Below, piece by piece: positions 39,505-50,225 of a stretch of 64,000 nucleotides of DNA. The stretch is from Octopus sinensis (lineage: Eukaryota). Both the position numbers and the translations under genes were made by a program. A model generated the notes under the pieces. It did no database searches, was not told where the DNA came from, and saw only the letters and a program-made list of their open reading frames with translations. Position 1 is the stretch's first letter; the number at the start of each line of letters is the position of its first letter. The stretch is taken from contig NC_043015.1 of assembly GCF_006345805.1 (NCBI RefSeq), positions 30,008,001-30,072,000 on the forward strand. The letters run 5' to 3'.

Positions 39505-39617
39505 TGACGTATATTTGCCATTTAAATATGGCTAACCCCTAAAGGTGGATGCTACTACAAACTACAGTAGCATCCACTCTTAGGGGTTAGCCATATTTAA
39601 ATGGCAAATATACATCA
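39505..39617. repeat. Near-perfect hairpin (stem about 52 bp, 9-nt loop)
   Basis: gtatatttgccatttaaatatggctaacccctaa..gtggatgctact / agtagcatccac..ttaggggttagccatatttaaatggcaaatatac. Confidence 0.95.
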
Positions 39618-40724
39618 CGATGTGTTGCAGCTACTGTTTATAACTCGCTCTAAGATTTATTATTGAATGATATCTTAAAATAACAGTAAATGTAGACCAG
39701 TAATAATTGTCTCTCTTAAAAAAAAAAATCTCAAATCTTCCGGAAACGCACCTCATTTGTCATACTCATCACCCGTTTTAATAATAATAATAATGAAATT
39801 ATTGTATACAGTGCTCAGGTGCACCACAACTTGTCAAAAGTGCGTATAGAGTATATGCAGTAATGTACAAATGTCTGGAAAGCGAACAGTGTATGAGTCA
39901 GATACATGCCTGTATGTGTATGGAGGGGAGAAAATCAGGTGTAGTGTTGGCGAATCTCAGGAAGCATGGAAGTTTTGAAGGATGCAGTGCTCTGACAACT
40001 AACAACTGATGCCGGCAGTTGCTTCAGCAACTCTTAGCGTGAAAAAATGTTTCCGAAAGTCAAGGCAGTTGTGCTCATTCTAGCATGAACTGGACTGGTC
40101 ATCACAGTTAGAGGTAACACATTTTCAGGGGTACTGCTAATTTAGGTGGTCATGTGACTACATCTCACATGTATGCATGTGCATGTACACAGTCATACAA
40201 ACACACACACAAATATCCTAATACTCTATTATGGTGAGTCTAACAAAAATTATATTCTGTTTCACCTGTGGCTTCTTCAAGAAATCCTGAAAAGTCCCAG
40301 TGTGAAACAATACAAATTTTGTTAGACTCACTGTTATGGGTTAAAGTTGTCAACATTCAGATTTTTCACTTCGAGTACCCCACTCTATGTAGCCAGATCA
40401 TGTTGCTATAAACTTGTTACCTCAATACATATATATAGGTTACAAGACGGTGAGCTGGCAAAATGCTTAGAGGTACTTCGACTGCTGCTACGTTCTGCGT
40501 TCAAATTCCGTCGACGTCAACTTTGCCTTTGAGGGCGGTGCTCTAATATGGCCAGTCAAATGACTGAAACAAGTAAAAAAAAAGAAAGATATGTATTCTT
40601 TTATTTGTTTCAGTCATTTGATTGTGGTCATGCTGGAACACTGCATTTAGTTGAACAAATCAACCCCAGTACTTATTCTTTGTAAGCCTAGTACTTATTC
40701 TATTGGTCTCTTTTGCCAAAACCG

Positions 40725-40930
40725 ATATTCTCCAGCATGACAATGCACAGCTGCAATCTTTAGGACGGGAAGTTCTTCCACATCTTCCATACCTATCTGA
40801 CTTCAGCATCTATGGATTTCCATCTGTTCAAATCACTAGAACATTTCAAAAGGGGCAAAACATTCAGAACAAGAGAGGAAGTTGAAAACAGTCTCTTGGA
40901 CTTTTTCCAGAAAAAATAGGTCTCTTTGAA
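40725..40930 (+). mobile_element. Mariner transposase fragment
   Basis: ILQHDNA...LGREVLPHLPY resembles LQHDNARPH...LGWEVLPHPPYSPD. Confidence 0.75.
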
Positions 40931-40964
40931 ACATAAAAAAAGGTTACTTTCCTGTTGGGCTGCA

Positions 40965-42015
40965 TCATCATCGTTTAACGTCCGTTTTCCATGCTAGCAT
41001 GGGTTGGACGGTTCGACCGGGGTCTGGGAAGCCAGGAGGCTGCACCAAGCCCAGTCTGATCTGGCAGTGTTTCTACAGCTGGATGCTCTTCCTAACGCCA
41101 ACCACTCTGTGAGTGTAGTGGGTGCTTTTTACGTGTCACCTGCACAGGTGCCAGACGAGGCTGGCAAACAGCCACGGACGGATGGTGCTTTTTACGTGCC
41201 ACCAGCATGGAGGCCATTCGGGGCGGCGCTGGCAATGGCCACGTTCAGATGGCTTTCTTATGTGCCACTGGCACTGGTCTCACAACTACAATTTCCATTG
41301 ATGTTGATCGATTTCGATTAACGATGGGGATTACATTCTTGATTAAAACTATTCAGATAAACGTAGTTTACCTTCATTTTTATATGCTTCCTGGTAAAAC
41401 ACAATTACTTTCCGAATACCCTCATATATCTTATCCATATTTTTATACCTGTTCCTACGATATTTTTACAATCTGATATCTTAATCTCTATTCGATTCAC
41501 CCTACTGACAATTGCTTTCTAATCCAACTGTATACTGTTATGTTGAATAGTAATTGTTGCCCAACCAGCTTAAAATGTTCATTCAATGAGTTGGTAATCG
41601 TGAATACTTACGATAGATTATTGTATTTTTCTGAATACCCAAGTCTTTCTCATCAGAATGGTTGTCATCATCATCATCATTTAGCATCTGCTTTCCATAC
41701 TAGCATGGGTTGGACGGTTCAACTGGGGTCTGGGAAGCCAGAAGGCTGCACCAGGCCCAGTCTGATCTGGCAATGTTTCTACAGCTGGATGCCCTTCCTA
41801 ACGCCAACCACTCCGTGAGTGTAGTGGGTGCTTTCTACATGCCAGGCGAGGCTGGCAAACGGCCACGATCGGATGGTGCTTTTTACGTGCCACCAGCATG
41901 GAGGCCAGTCGGGGCGGCGCTGGCAATGGCCACATTCAGATGGTTTTCTTACGTGCCACTGGCACTGGTATCACAGCTACAATTTCCATTGATGTTGATC
42001 GATTTCGATTCTGAT
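40965..42015 (-). mobile_element. Two neighbouring copies of a (GAT)n-tailed RTE-related SINE/LINE end (40965-41318, 41665-42015)
   Basis: Both begin catcatcat...ttccat.ctagcatgggttggacggtt and are highly similar. Further copies at 4375, 45375, 46987, 51983 (-) and 54370, 58240 (+). Confidence 0.85.
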
Positions 42016-42392
42016 TCTCACAACATTAAGTAACAGTTTGTGAAGTTTTTCTCGGATTCAAAGATGAAACATGTCACCTGGTGGTTGGGGTGTTGCACTC
42101 AGCATCACAAGATTGTGGTTTTGATTCCTGGACTGGGCAGTCTCATGTGTTCTAGAGCAAAACACCTTATCTCATGCTGCTCTGTGATAGCTTTGACATC
42201 TAACATGTGGTACACCATGCACCTGTACAGGCAATGTCGATTTGATGGAAGGGAGTGAGCCAGTGCAGAGCTCAAACATTTGATTGCTACAAACAAATCA
42301 TATGAGCAAAAATCCTCATCTGTCTTTTATAACAGAAGAGTCCACCATATGTATATACGTATATATATATGTATGTATACACACACACACAC

Positions 42393-43217
42393 CATCGTTT
42401 AATGTCCGCTTTCCATGCAAGCATGGGTTAGACGAATGACTGAGAACTGGCGAACCAGAAGGCTGCACCAGGCTTCAATCTTGATCTGGCAGAGTTTCTA
42501 CAGCTGGATGCCTATCCTAATGCCAACCACTCTGAGAGTGTAGTGGATGCCTTTTACATGCCACTAGCACAGAAGCCGGTTAGCCGCTCTGTCAATGATC
42601 ACACTCGTATGGTGCTCTTTGCACCCTGCTAGCACGGACGCCAGTCATTGAATTTGATTTTGATTTTTGATTTTTTTCTCGATTTCACTTGCCTCAACAG
42701 GTCTTTGCAAGCAGAGTTTTAGTGTCCAAAGAAGGAAAAGGTACGCATAAGTGGGCTGGTTACGCCCCTGGCATAGGCCACGAGATTATGGTCTCATTTG
42801 GCTAGCCAGGTCTTCTCACGCACAGCATATTTCCAAAAGTCTCGGTCACTAGTCATTTCCTTGGTGAGGCCCAAAGTTCGAAGGTCGTGCTTCACCACTT
42901 CATCCCAGGTCTTCCTCTTCCACAGGTTCCCTCAACCACTAGAGTATGGCACTTTTTCACACAGCTATCCTTATCCATTCTCACCACATGACCATACTAG
43001 CGCAGTCGTCTCCCTGGCACACCACATCTGATGCTTCTTAGGTCCAACATTTCTCTTAAGATACTTACACTCTGTTGGGTATGCACATTGACATTACAAA
43101 TCCATTGGATCATACTGGCTTCATTCCTTGCGAGCTTACGCATGTCCTCAGCAGTCACAGCCCATGTTTCACTGCCATGTAGCATGGCTGTTCATACACA
43201 TGCGTCATACAGTCTAC
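42393..43217 (-). mobile_element. RTE-clade LINE 3' fragment with its tail
   Basis: MLHGSETWAVTAEDMRKLARNEASMIQWICNV...RRLR.YGHVVRM is the RTE C-terminal signature; followed by the shared tail. Confidence 0.9.
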
Positions 43218-43486
43218 CATACACACACACACACACACACATAAAAGTCATCAAATATAAAAGAAAACATTATACAAAACGACATTTACTAATTTAACAA
43301 TTATCACAAATTTTTTCAGACAAATGATATCTTTTCTTTCTTTACTTCCAGTTATATACATTAAACACACAATCCAGGGAATTAATACATACATAGATAC
43401 AAAGGATGAAATTATTTACTGAAGATTATTTCTTAAAAAGTCCTATATTTATTTTCTGCTTTTTTTTTTTTCTCTGTAAGAAGTCT

Positions 43487-43763
43487 TTAATCACTGTCCC
43501 AAATATCTTCTTCTTCAGAACCATCTGTTTGTGTACCAGCGCTGCGCTGTACCTGCCTGTGAGATGTTTGCGTTGCTGTGCTGGTCGTGTGTGGTAATCT
43601 TTGCCCAACACTTGGCATATTAATCAAATTTCGACGAATGTGCTGCATCCGATACAGGTTCCGTCGAAGGGATTGTGCTTGGTTCAAAGTATTCCATTCT
43701 TCTTCTTCCCCTCCTGCTACCACTTCTCTTTCAGGTGGATTCTCCTTTTTCACTGGTTTGAAC
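43487..43763 (-). CDS. AMBRA1: AMBRA1 terminal coding exon (FKPVKKENPP...EEEEWNTL...TATQT...SAGTQTDGSEEEDIWDSD*)
   Basis: aatttag acceptor in phase 2 continues the frame to TAA; carries two TQT motifs and a WxxL motif as in the vertebrate AMBRA1 tail. Confidence 0.92.
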
Positions 43764-46491
43764 CTAAATTGCAAAATTTGACAAGAAAACATTTAAAAAG
43801 TTATGAATTTTTAAGAAAGAAAAGTAGTGTGTTTGTGAATGTGTTTATATATCGTCATCATTTAATGTCTGTTTTCCATGCTGGTAATGTACAAATGTCT
43901 GGGAAGTGAACAGTGTAGGAGTCAGATACCTGCTTGCGTGTGTATGGAGGGGAGAAAATCAGGTGTAGTGTTGGCTAATCTCAGGAAGCATGGAAGTTTT
44001 GAAGGATGTAGAGCTCTGACAACTAACAAATGATGCTGGCAGTCTGTTCCATGCTTCAGCAACTCTTAGCATGAAAAAATGTTTCCGAAAGTCATGGGAG
44101 CTGTGCTCATTCTAGCATGAATTGGACTGGTTATCACAGTTAGGGGTAGCACATTTTCAGGGGTACTGCTCATTTAGGTGGTCATACGACTGCATCTAAC
44201 ATGTACACATGTGCATGGACGGTTCAAGAGGAGGAGTGAGCCAGAGGACTGTGCTAAGTTCCAGTGTCTGTTTAGGCAAGGTTTCTATGACTATGCCCCT
44301 CCTAATGACAACCTCTTAATATCTGGTGTGTGTGTGTAGCTGTGTGGTAAGAAGCTTCCTTCCCAACCACACAGTTCCAGGTTCAGTCCCAGTGAAGTGC
44401 CTTCTACTACAGCCTCAGGCCAACCAAAGCCCTGTGAGTGGATATGGCAGACAAAAACTGAAAGAAGCCTATCGTATCATCATCATCATCAATGTCCGTT
44501 GTCCATGCTGGCATGGGTTGGACAGTCTGACCAGGGCTGGTAAGCTGAGGGGTTGCACCAGATTCCAATCTGATTTAGTATGGTTTCTATGGTTTGAAAT
44601 GCCCTTCCTAATGTGCCATATATATATATGTGTGTGTGTGAATTTGTCTCCACCATCATCACTTGACAACCGATGTTGGTGTGTTTATATCTCCATAACT
44701 TAGTGGTTCAGCCAAAAGGGACCAATAGAATCAGTATTAGGCATACAAAGAATAAGTCCTGTGGTATATTTCTTTGACTAAAACCTTTTAAAGCTGTGCT
44801 CCAGCATGGTCACAATCACATGACTGAAACAAGTAAAAGAACAAAAGAATTTGCAGAAAGACTGCCCTCCGGGTGGTTTTCTACTACTTGCTAAATAATA
44901 TTTACATGTTTAATTCCCAATTTATATAAATTCCTGATATGCTATGCTTGGTATTCCCTTGTGTACTTTATTCATCTAATAGTACTCACTTACTCAGTAT
45001 ATAAATTTAGGGCATAACTACAGGAAGTGTGACCCATCAACTGTTTTCTTAGAACTTTCTGGAAAATGGTTATTTGTTAATGAAATTTTCTACAAATACT
45101 TTTTTCATGGTGGCAACACACTACATATTTATCCATATTTTACACATACACACCCCCTCTCTCTCACGGTTCTTCTCTCCTTCTATTCAAAGTGAAAGTC
45201 TTTTTTTTAAGTCAGTGTTGCATTGTCTGTATGTTGAAAGACACAAAAAACAAACAACCAAACTATATATAGTCTTTTTTTTCAAGTGTATTGCATTGTG
45301 TTCATAGACTTGCACTTAGAATTCCTGCATTTTAAATCAAAACTTGCTAATTACTATGGTGACAACACTATCTATCATCATCATCATCATCATCGTTTAA
45401 CGTCCGTTTTCCATGCTAGCAAAGGTTAGACGGTTCGACCGAGGTCTGGGAAGCCAGAAGGCTGCACCAGGCTCCAGTCTGATCTGGCAATGTTTCTACA
45501 GCTGGATGCCCTTCCTAACGCCAATCACACACACACACACACTCTCTCTCTCTCTCTCACTGTATTTCTCTCAACTTTTCTCCTCCCCTTCACCCCCCCC
45601 CCAATAGATGTGACGGACAGACAGAGATCCGCTTCTTTTTTATAATATAAGATTTCCTTAAAAATACCCATTTTTCTCAAAGTTATGAGGAAACAAACAG
45701 ACATGTGATTTATCCAAAACTCTTCTTCCATCACCTCTGAAAATGGTTTTCACAACAAATTCTGACACAATTATCTATACCACCTCAAACATAATTGTAG
45801 AAAATTGAATTAAAAAATATCCATTTTTCAATAAGTTATGAGGAAATGAAATCGAGGAGGGGCAATTTTTGTAGTGATGCCCAATTGATGTAAAGTAAAT
45901 GAAAACCACTTTTCTTATTCAGTTTTCTATTTCTTCAACAACACCCAGCAAACATGAAAGGATACTGGAGTCAACATAATTTGGCTGATGCTGGATGGAA
46001 CTTATAATCTGCATAAAGTAGTGTTGCAAATATTTGGGCAACTTTTATATTTCTAGAACTATGCACAGAGACATTAAAATGTTATCTTGCAGTGTAAGAT
46101 TTTATCTCACAGAGAATTAAAATGTCAAAGTGAATAAAAGTTAGATCTGCGATTAAAGTGTGTACTTGAAATCTTCCATAATAAAAGAAGCTTGAAAACT
46201 GCATTTTGCTAACAATATATTAAAATTGGAATTTATAAGAATTTTCTAGACTGTGCAAATTTTACTAATTGCTTTCTTTTAGTAAAAGTTACACACTCCA
46301 AAGTAAGTAAGTAGCTTTCTTTATTATAGTATAGGTACATCCACAAAATAGCTGTGTGGTTAAGATGTTCACTTCATAACTAAGTGGTTTCAGGGACAAG
46401 TGAAATATTTCTATGTATGTAAGTACCAATTTGGAATATTTGAAACGTTCAGGGAGTAAGGTAAGAATGGGTGCAATAGAGTTAAACTTAC

Positions 46492-46631
46492 CCAGGCCAG
46501 CAGATGTGTAAATTACCACGATTCGTGCCGTATACTAGTCCAGCTCCAACTTGAGGCAACCACTTGGCTGAATTCACACTGACGTGAGTTCTGGTATCGG
46601 CATCGACATAATGTGTGATGTCACTAACATG
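46492..46631 (-). CDS. AMBRA1: AMBRA1 WD40 exon (HVSDITHYVDADTRTHVSVNSAKWLPQVGAGLVYGTNRGNLHICWP)
   Basis: Matches AMBRA1 '[31 protein letters not shown]'; cctag/gtaagt sites, 140 nt, phase 0 to 2. Confidence 0.97.
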
Positions 46632-47203
46632 CTAGGCAGAAAAAGGAAGAAATACACAATTAATTACAAAAAATACAAAGACATTTTGGTCACATCTATA
46701 GTTTTAACCTCAACAGCTAAATATGGTAATACTAGTGGAATAATATTGAAGAAAGAGGACTAGTTACTCTTTTACTGATTTCAGTGATTGGACTCTGGCC
46801 ATGCTGGGGCACCTTTCCAAATGATTTAGTTGATTAAATCAACTCCTCATATTTATTTACATTTGACAGTTATTTTATCAATATCTATTTGTCAGACTGG
46901 TAAGTTACAGGACGGAGGTCATAGTTTGAATTCCTAGACCGAGTGGTGTGTTGTGTTCTTGAGAAAAACACTTCATCTTGTACATTCATCATCATCGTTT
47001 AACGTCTGCTTTCCATGCTAGCATGGGTTGGATGAATGACTGAGGGCTGGCGAACCAGATGGCTGCACCAGGCTTCAATCTTGATCTGGCAGAGTTTCTA
47101 CAGCTGGATGCCCTTCCTAACGCCAACCACTCCGTGAGTGTAGTGATGCCCTTCCTAACGCCAACACATTCAATGGATATTTGTCCTCATCTTTTTTGTT
47201 GTT

Positions 47204-47249
47204 AACACAACGTTTTGGCTGATACACTCTCCAGCCTTCATCAGGTGTC
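47204..47249 (-). ncRNA. Degenerate minimal hammerhead motif in a Penelope-like inverted terminal remnant (47165-47370)
   Basis: Minus strand reads GACAC-CTGATGA-A-GGCTG(10 nt)CAGCC-AAA-ACGT-T-GTGTT, with G12 changed to A. The inverted partial copy at 47310-47370 retains GAAA. Confidence 0.55.
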
Positions 47250-47633
47250 TTGGGGAAATTTCAAACCTGGGTTCTCATTCCTAAGGTATTTATCTACGTT
47301 GATGTTGTATATCAGTCGAAATGTTGTGTTAACAACAAACAAGATGAAGACAAAATATCCGTCAAATGTAAATAAAGTACATAATTCCTCATCTCTTGAA
47401 TAAAGAACTTCATCTTGTGTTGCTCTGCTACGACTGACACTTAGCATGTGGTACACCATGCACCTGTTCAGGTAATGTCAATTTGATGGAGGGAGTTAAG
47501 CTAAAGTACAACCCATACATTTGATCACTATAAACAAAGCATTTGTGCAGGTCGTTCAACAAAAGCTGAACACTTGTATGTTGTCTTTGATGAGAGAGTT
47601 CATCATATATGGTATCTTTCAAGTTGATATTAA

Positions 47634-47854
47634 CCCTTTCAATACCAACCCGGTTGAAACCGCCTTTGGTTCTGTAGTACTAAAGTCTTGTTTTCATAAG
47701 TCCTGAATTAAAATCTTCCACCAAACCTTAATTACAATTTATGTTCCTAACACTAGCTTAATGATAACTAAGTTATTTTACTAAATTCTTTGCTATATTT
47801 AAAGTAATTGAAAGAAACACAGAGCATCTCAACAGAAATACGGTAACGAAAGGG
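47634..47854. mobile_element. piggyBac-like MITE
   Basis: TTAA-ccctttc...gaaaggg-TTAA. Confidence 0.85.
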
Positions 47855-48003
47855 TTAAAGAGTTTAAGAACACACAATTTATCTATTCAGTCACATCCAA
47901 TTATCAAAAAAAGAATAATCCAAAAGTCAATTTCACAAATGTAAACATTCATAAGAAAAAGAAGCTTAAAAAACAAAAATATCTGCAGTTAATTTTTTTT
48001 TAC

Positions 48004-48060
48004 CTTCATTGACTGCTCCCCAGCAAATTCTTGACTCAACTGGTAAATCTGTGCTACCAT
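48004..48060 (-). CDS. AMBRA1: AMBRA1 exon (MVAQIYQLSQEFAGEQSMK)
   Basis: Matches AMBRA1 'MVAQVFRLQQAHGGETSMR'; tatag/gtaaaa sites, 57 nt, phase 0 to 0; too short for the ORF track. Confidence 0.95.
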
Positions 48061-48984
48061 CTATAAGACACAAAGGAAGTATTACATTTTGTATTAGTGA
48101 ACTTTAATATAACAGTTAATCATAGTATTTATAGTTGTTTAGTGCTAGGTCAGCTCTCATAGAACAGACCTATGATCAAAAGTGTCCCAGCCATGACCAA
48201 CCAGTCATAATATATCTAGGTCAGCTCTCATAGAACAGACCTATGATCAAAAGTGTTCCAGCCATGACCAGCCATCCATAATATATCTAGGACTATATTA
48301 TCTAATGTATTGTCTTTCATGCTTTAAGATGGTTGGGTGTGACTGAACTCTTTAGCATTTGAATTGGCCATATCTGCCGGAAATATTTTACCTGTTTTAT
48401 GCTCAAACCAGCCAGATCTGATTTCTCACACTTACCCCACAATGTTATTCTAAAAACGAAGTCACATCACCAAAAAAAACGAAGTCACATCAGCAACATC
48501 TCAAAGCTATGAGATATTGCATGGTTAATTCAAAGCAATGTGAATAAGCAAGCATTACATTTGACAGAGTAACCTGAATGCTACAAGCAATAAGAAAGAT
48601 ATGTCTTTCTAGTAGGCCTAGGAATGAGAGGCCTCTTTGCCGGCTCAGAAAAATAATAGTAGTTGTAGCTGGAGAAGAAATGGAATTCTCATTGGTTAAG
48701 AATATCTCAGACACTACAGAATTACTTAATTAAAAAGTAATTATTACATTTTCTCCAGTTTATATATTTGCAATTGTAATTTGAGACCAATAGCCATGTG
48801 TAGGTTTCTTGCATCTCTGGAGACAAAAATGACAAGAGAGTGTCTGTAACTGAGTGCAGAACAAATATTTCCAGGGACTTCACAAAGCAACAGTTTTTCA
48901 GTTTCCTCACTGCCGTTTATACCCTATGCCAATATGGATGATGATGATGATGATATATATATACACACACACACACATTATGTA

Positions 48985-49421
48985 CAGGTCGTTGTCGACT
49001 TACAACCACAATTAGTTCCGACCGACTGGTCGTAAGTAGATTTGGTCCTAAGTTGGCCTATAGGTCTACATAGCTTTGTTTTTCTATTTTTACATTCTTA
49101 AGGTACATTCTCAGGTAAAAGCCACACACAACATTCTGTATTATACTATTATAGTGGCATTAGTAAAAAATGTTGGAGTCTCAAGAAGTGAGGTTGCTTC
49201 GATGTCTCCACAACAGGATATTCACCCAACACTTGGGATAACCACAGTGGCAATCAATAACCAAACTTAGGGGAAGCATTTGTTAGCTGACATCATCCAT
49301 AGACGGGTTAATTTCTAAGATATTAAACCCATTAGATTTCAACTGGACTAGTTATCATTGCTGCCGGGAGCTGGCATGCCAATCATCATAATGTCGATCA
49401 GTCATAGTCAACAACAACCTG
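48985..49421. mobile_element. Tigger/pogo-like MITE
   Basis: TA-caggtcgttgtcgact ... agtcaacaacaacctg-TA. Confidence 0.65.
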
Positions 49422-50127
49422 TATGTAATTATCATGTTTGGGCATGGCTCTGCAGTCAAGAAGTTTGGCTTCACAACCATATGGCTTTGGGTTCAATCCT
49501 ATTGTACAATACCTTGAAGGAAGTGTTTTCTACAAAAGCTCTGGCCAACCAAAGCCTTGAGGGTGGATTTGGTAGATGGAAACAGAAAGAAACCTGTCAT
49601 ACATGTATCTGTGCGTGTATATGATGTGTATGTGTAACCTTGTCTAGACATCATGTAATGGTTGTAAATGATTATCATCATCATCATACAAGTGTTTTGT
49701 TTCCAGTCTTCCATGAAAACCTGTCAAGCTCTGGGAAAATATTAACCTTGCTTGGAAATAAGACCAGGGTTGGCAATGGGAATGGCATCTGGTCATAGAA
49801 AAATCTACCTCTATGATCTGTTATAACTGAGATAAACTGAAGCAAGCAGAATTATGTTCACTGCCTGAGGGAAACAATGCAATGTTTGTAGTAGAGTTTG
49901 AATTCCTAATCTTTAAGCATGTCAAATAAAATTGTTTGTTGTACATTGACCCGACCTTAAATCTAAAATAAATTCTATATCTCCAGGAATTAAACAGTCA
50001 ACATATGAACAAAGACTCTATGGCTGTACACAGTCCTTCCAACAGTACGATAATAATGGTAAGAAGAAGACACACACACACACACATCCACAAAAAGAAA
50101 ATGAGCAATGATCTAAGGGACACTCAC

Positions 50128-50225
50128 CTGATTTGTAGTAAAAACCCAAGAGATGCGCTTGGCTGCTAAACCCACTAAGACATAGTGGTTCTTGGGAGAG
50201 ATACTCACAGATATAACATTTGGAC
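50128..50225 (-). CDS. AMBRA1: AMBRA1 WD40 exon (GPNVISVSISPKNHYVLVGLAAKRISWVFTTNQ)
   Basis: Matches AMBRA1 '[25 protein letters not shown]'; ttttag/gtgagt sites, 98 nt, phase 1 to 0. Confidence 0.97.

Noticed and set aside
40965-42033. Repeated 105-aa ORFs (MDGSTGVWEARRLHQAQSDL...) as a gene family
   Set aside because: They are translations of a SINE/LINE tail present many times in the window.
48146-48290. 70-bp tandem duplication (and a 29-bp one at 37563-37620) as a CRISPR-like array
   Set aside because: Only two units, no spacers, eukaryotic intron; ordinary slippage duplications.
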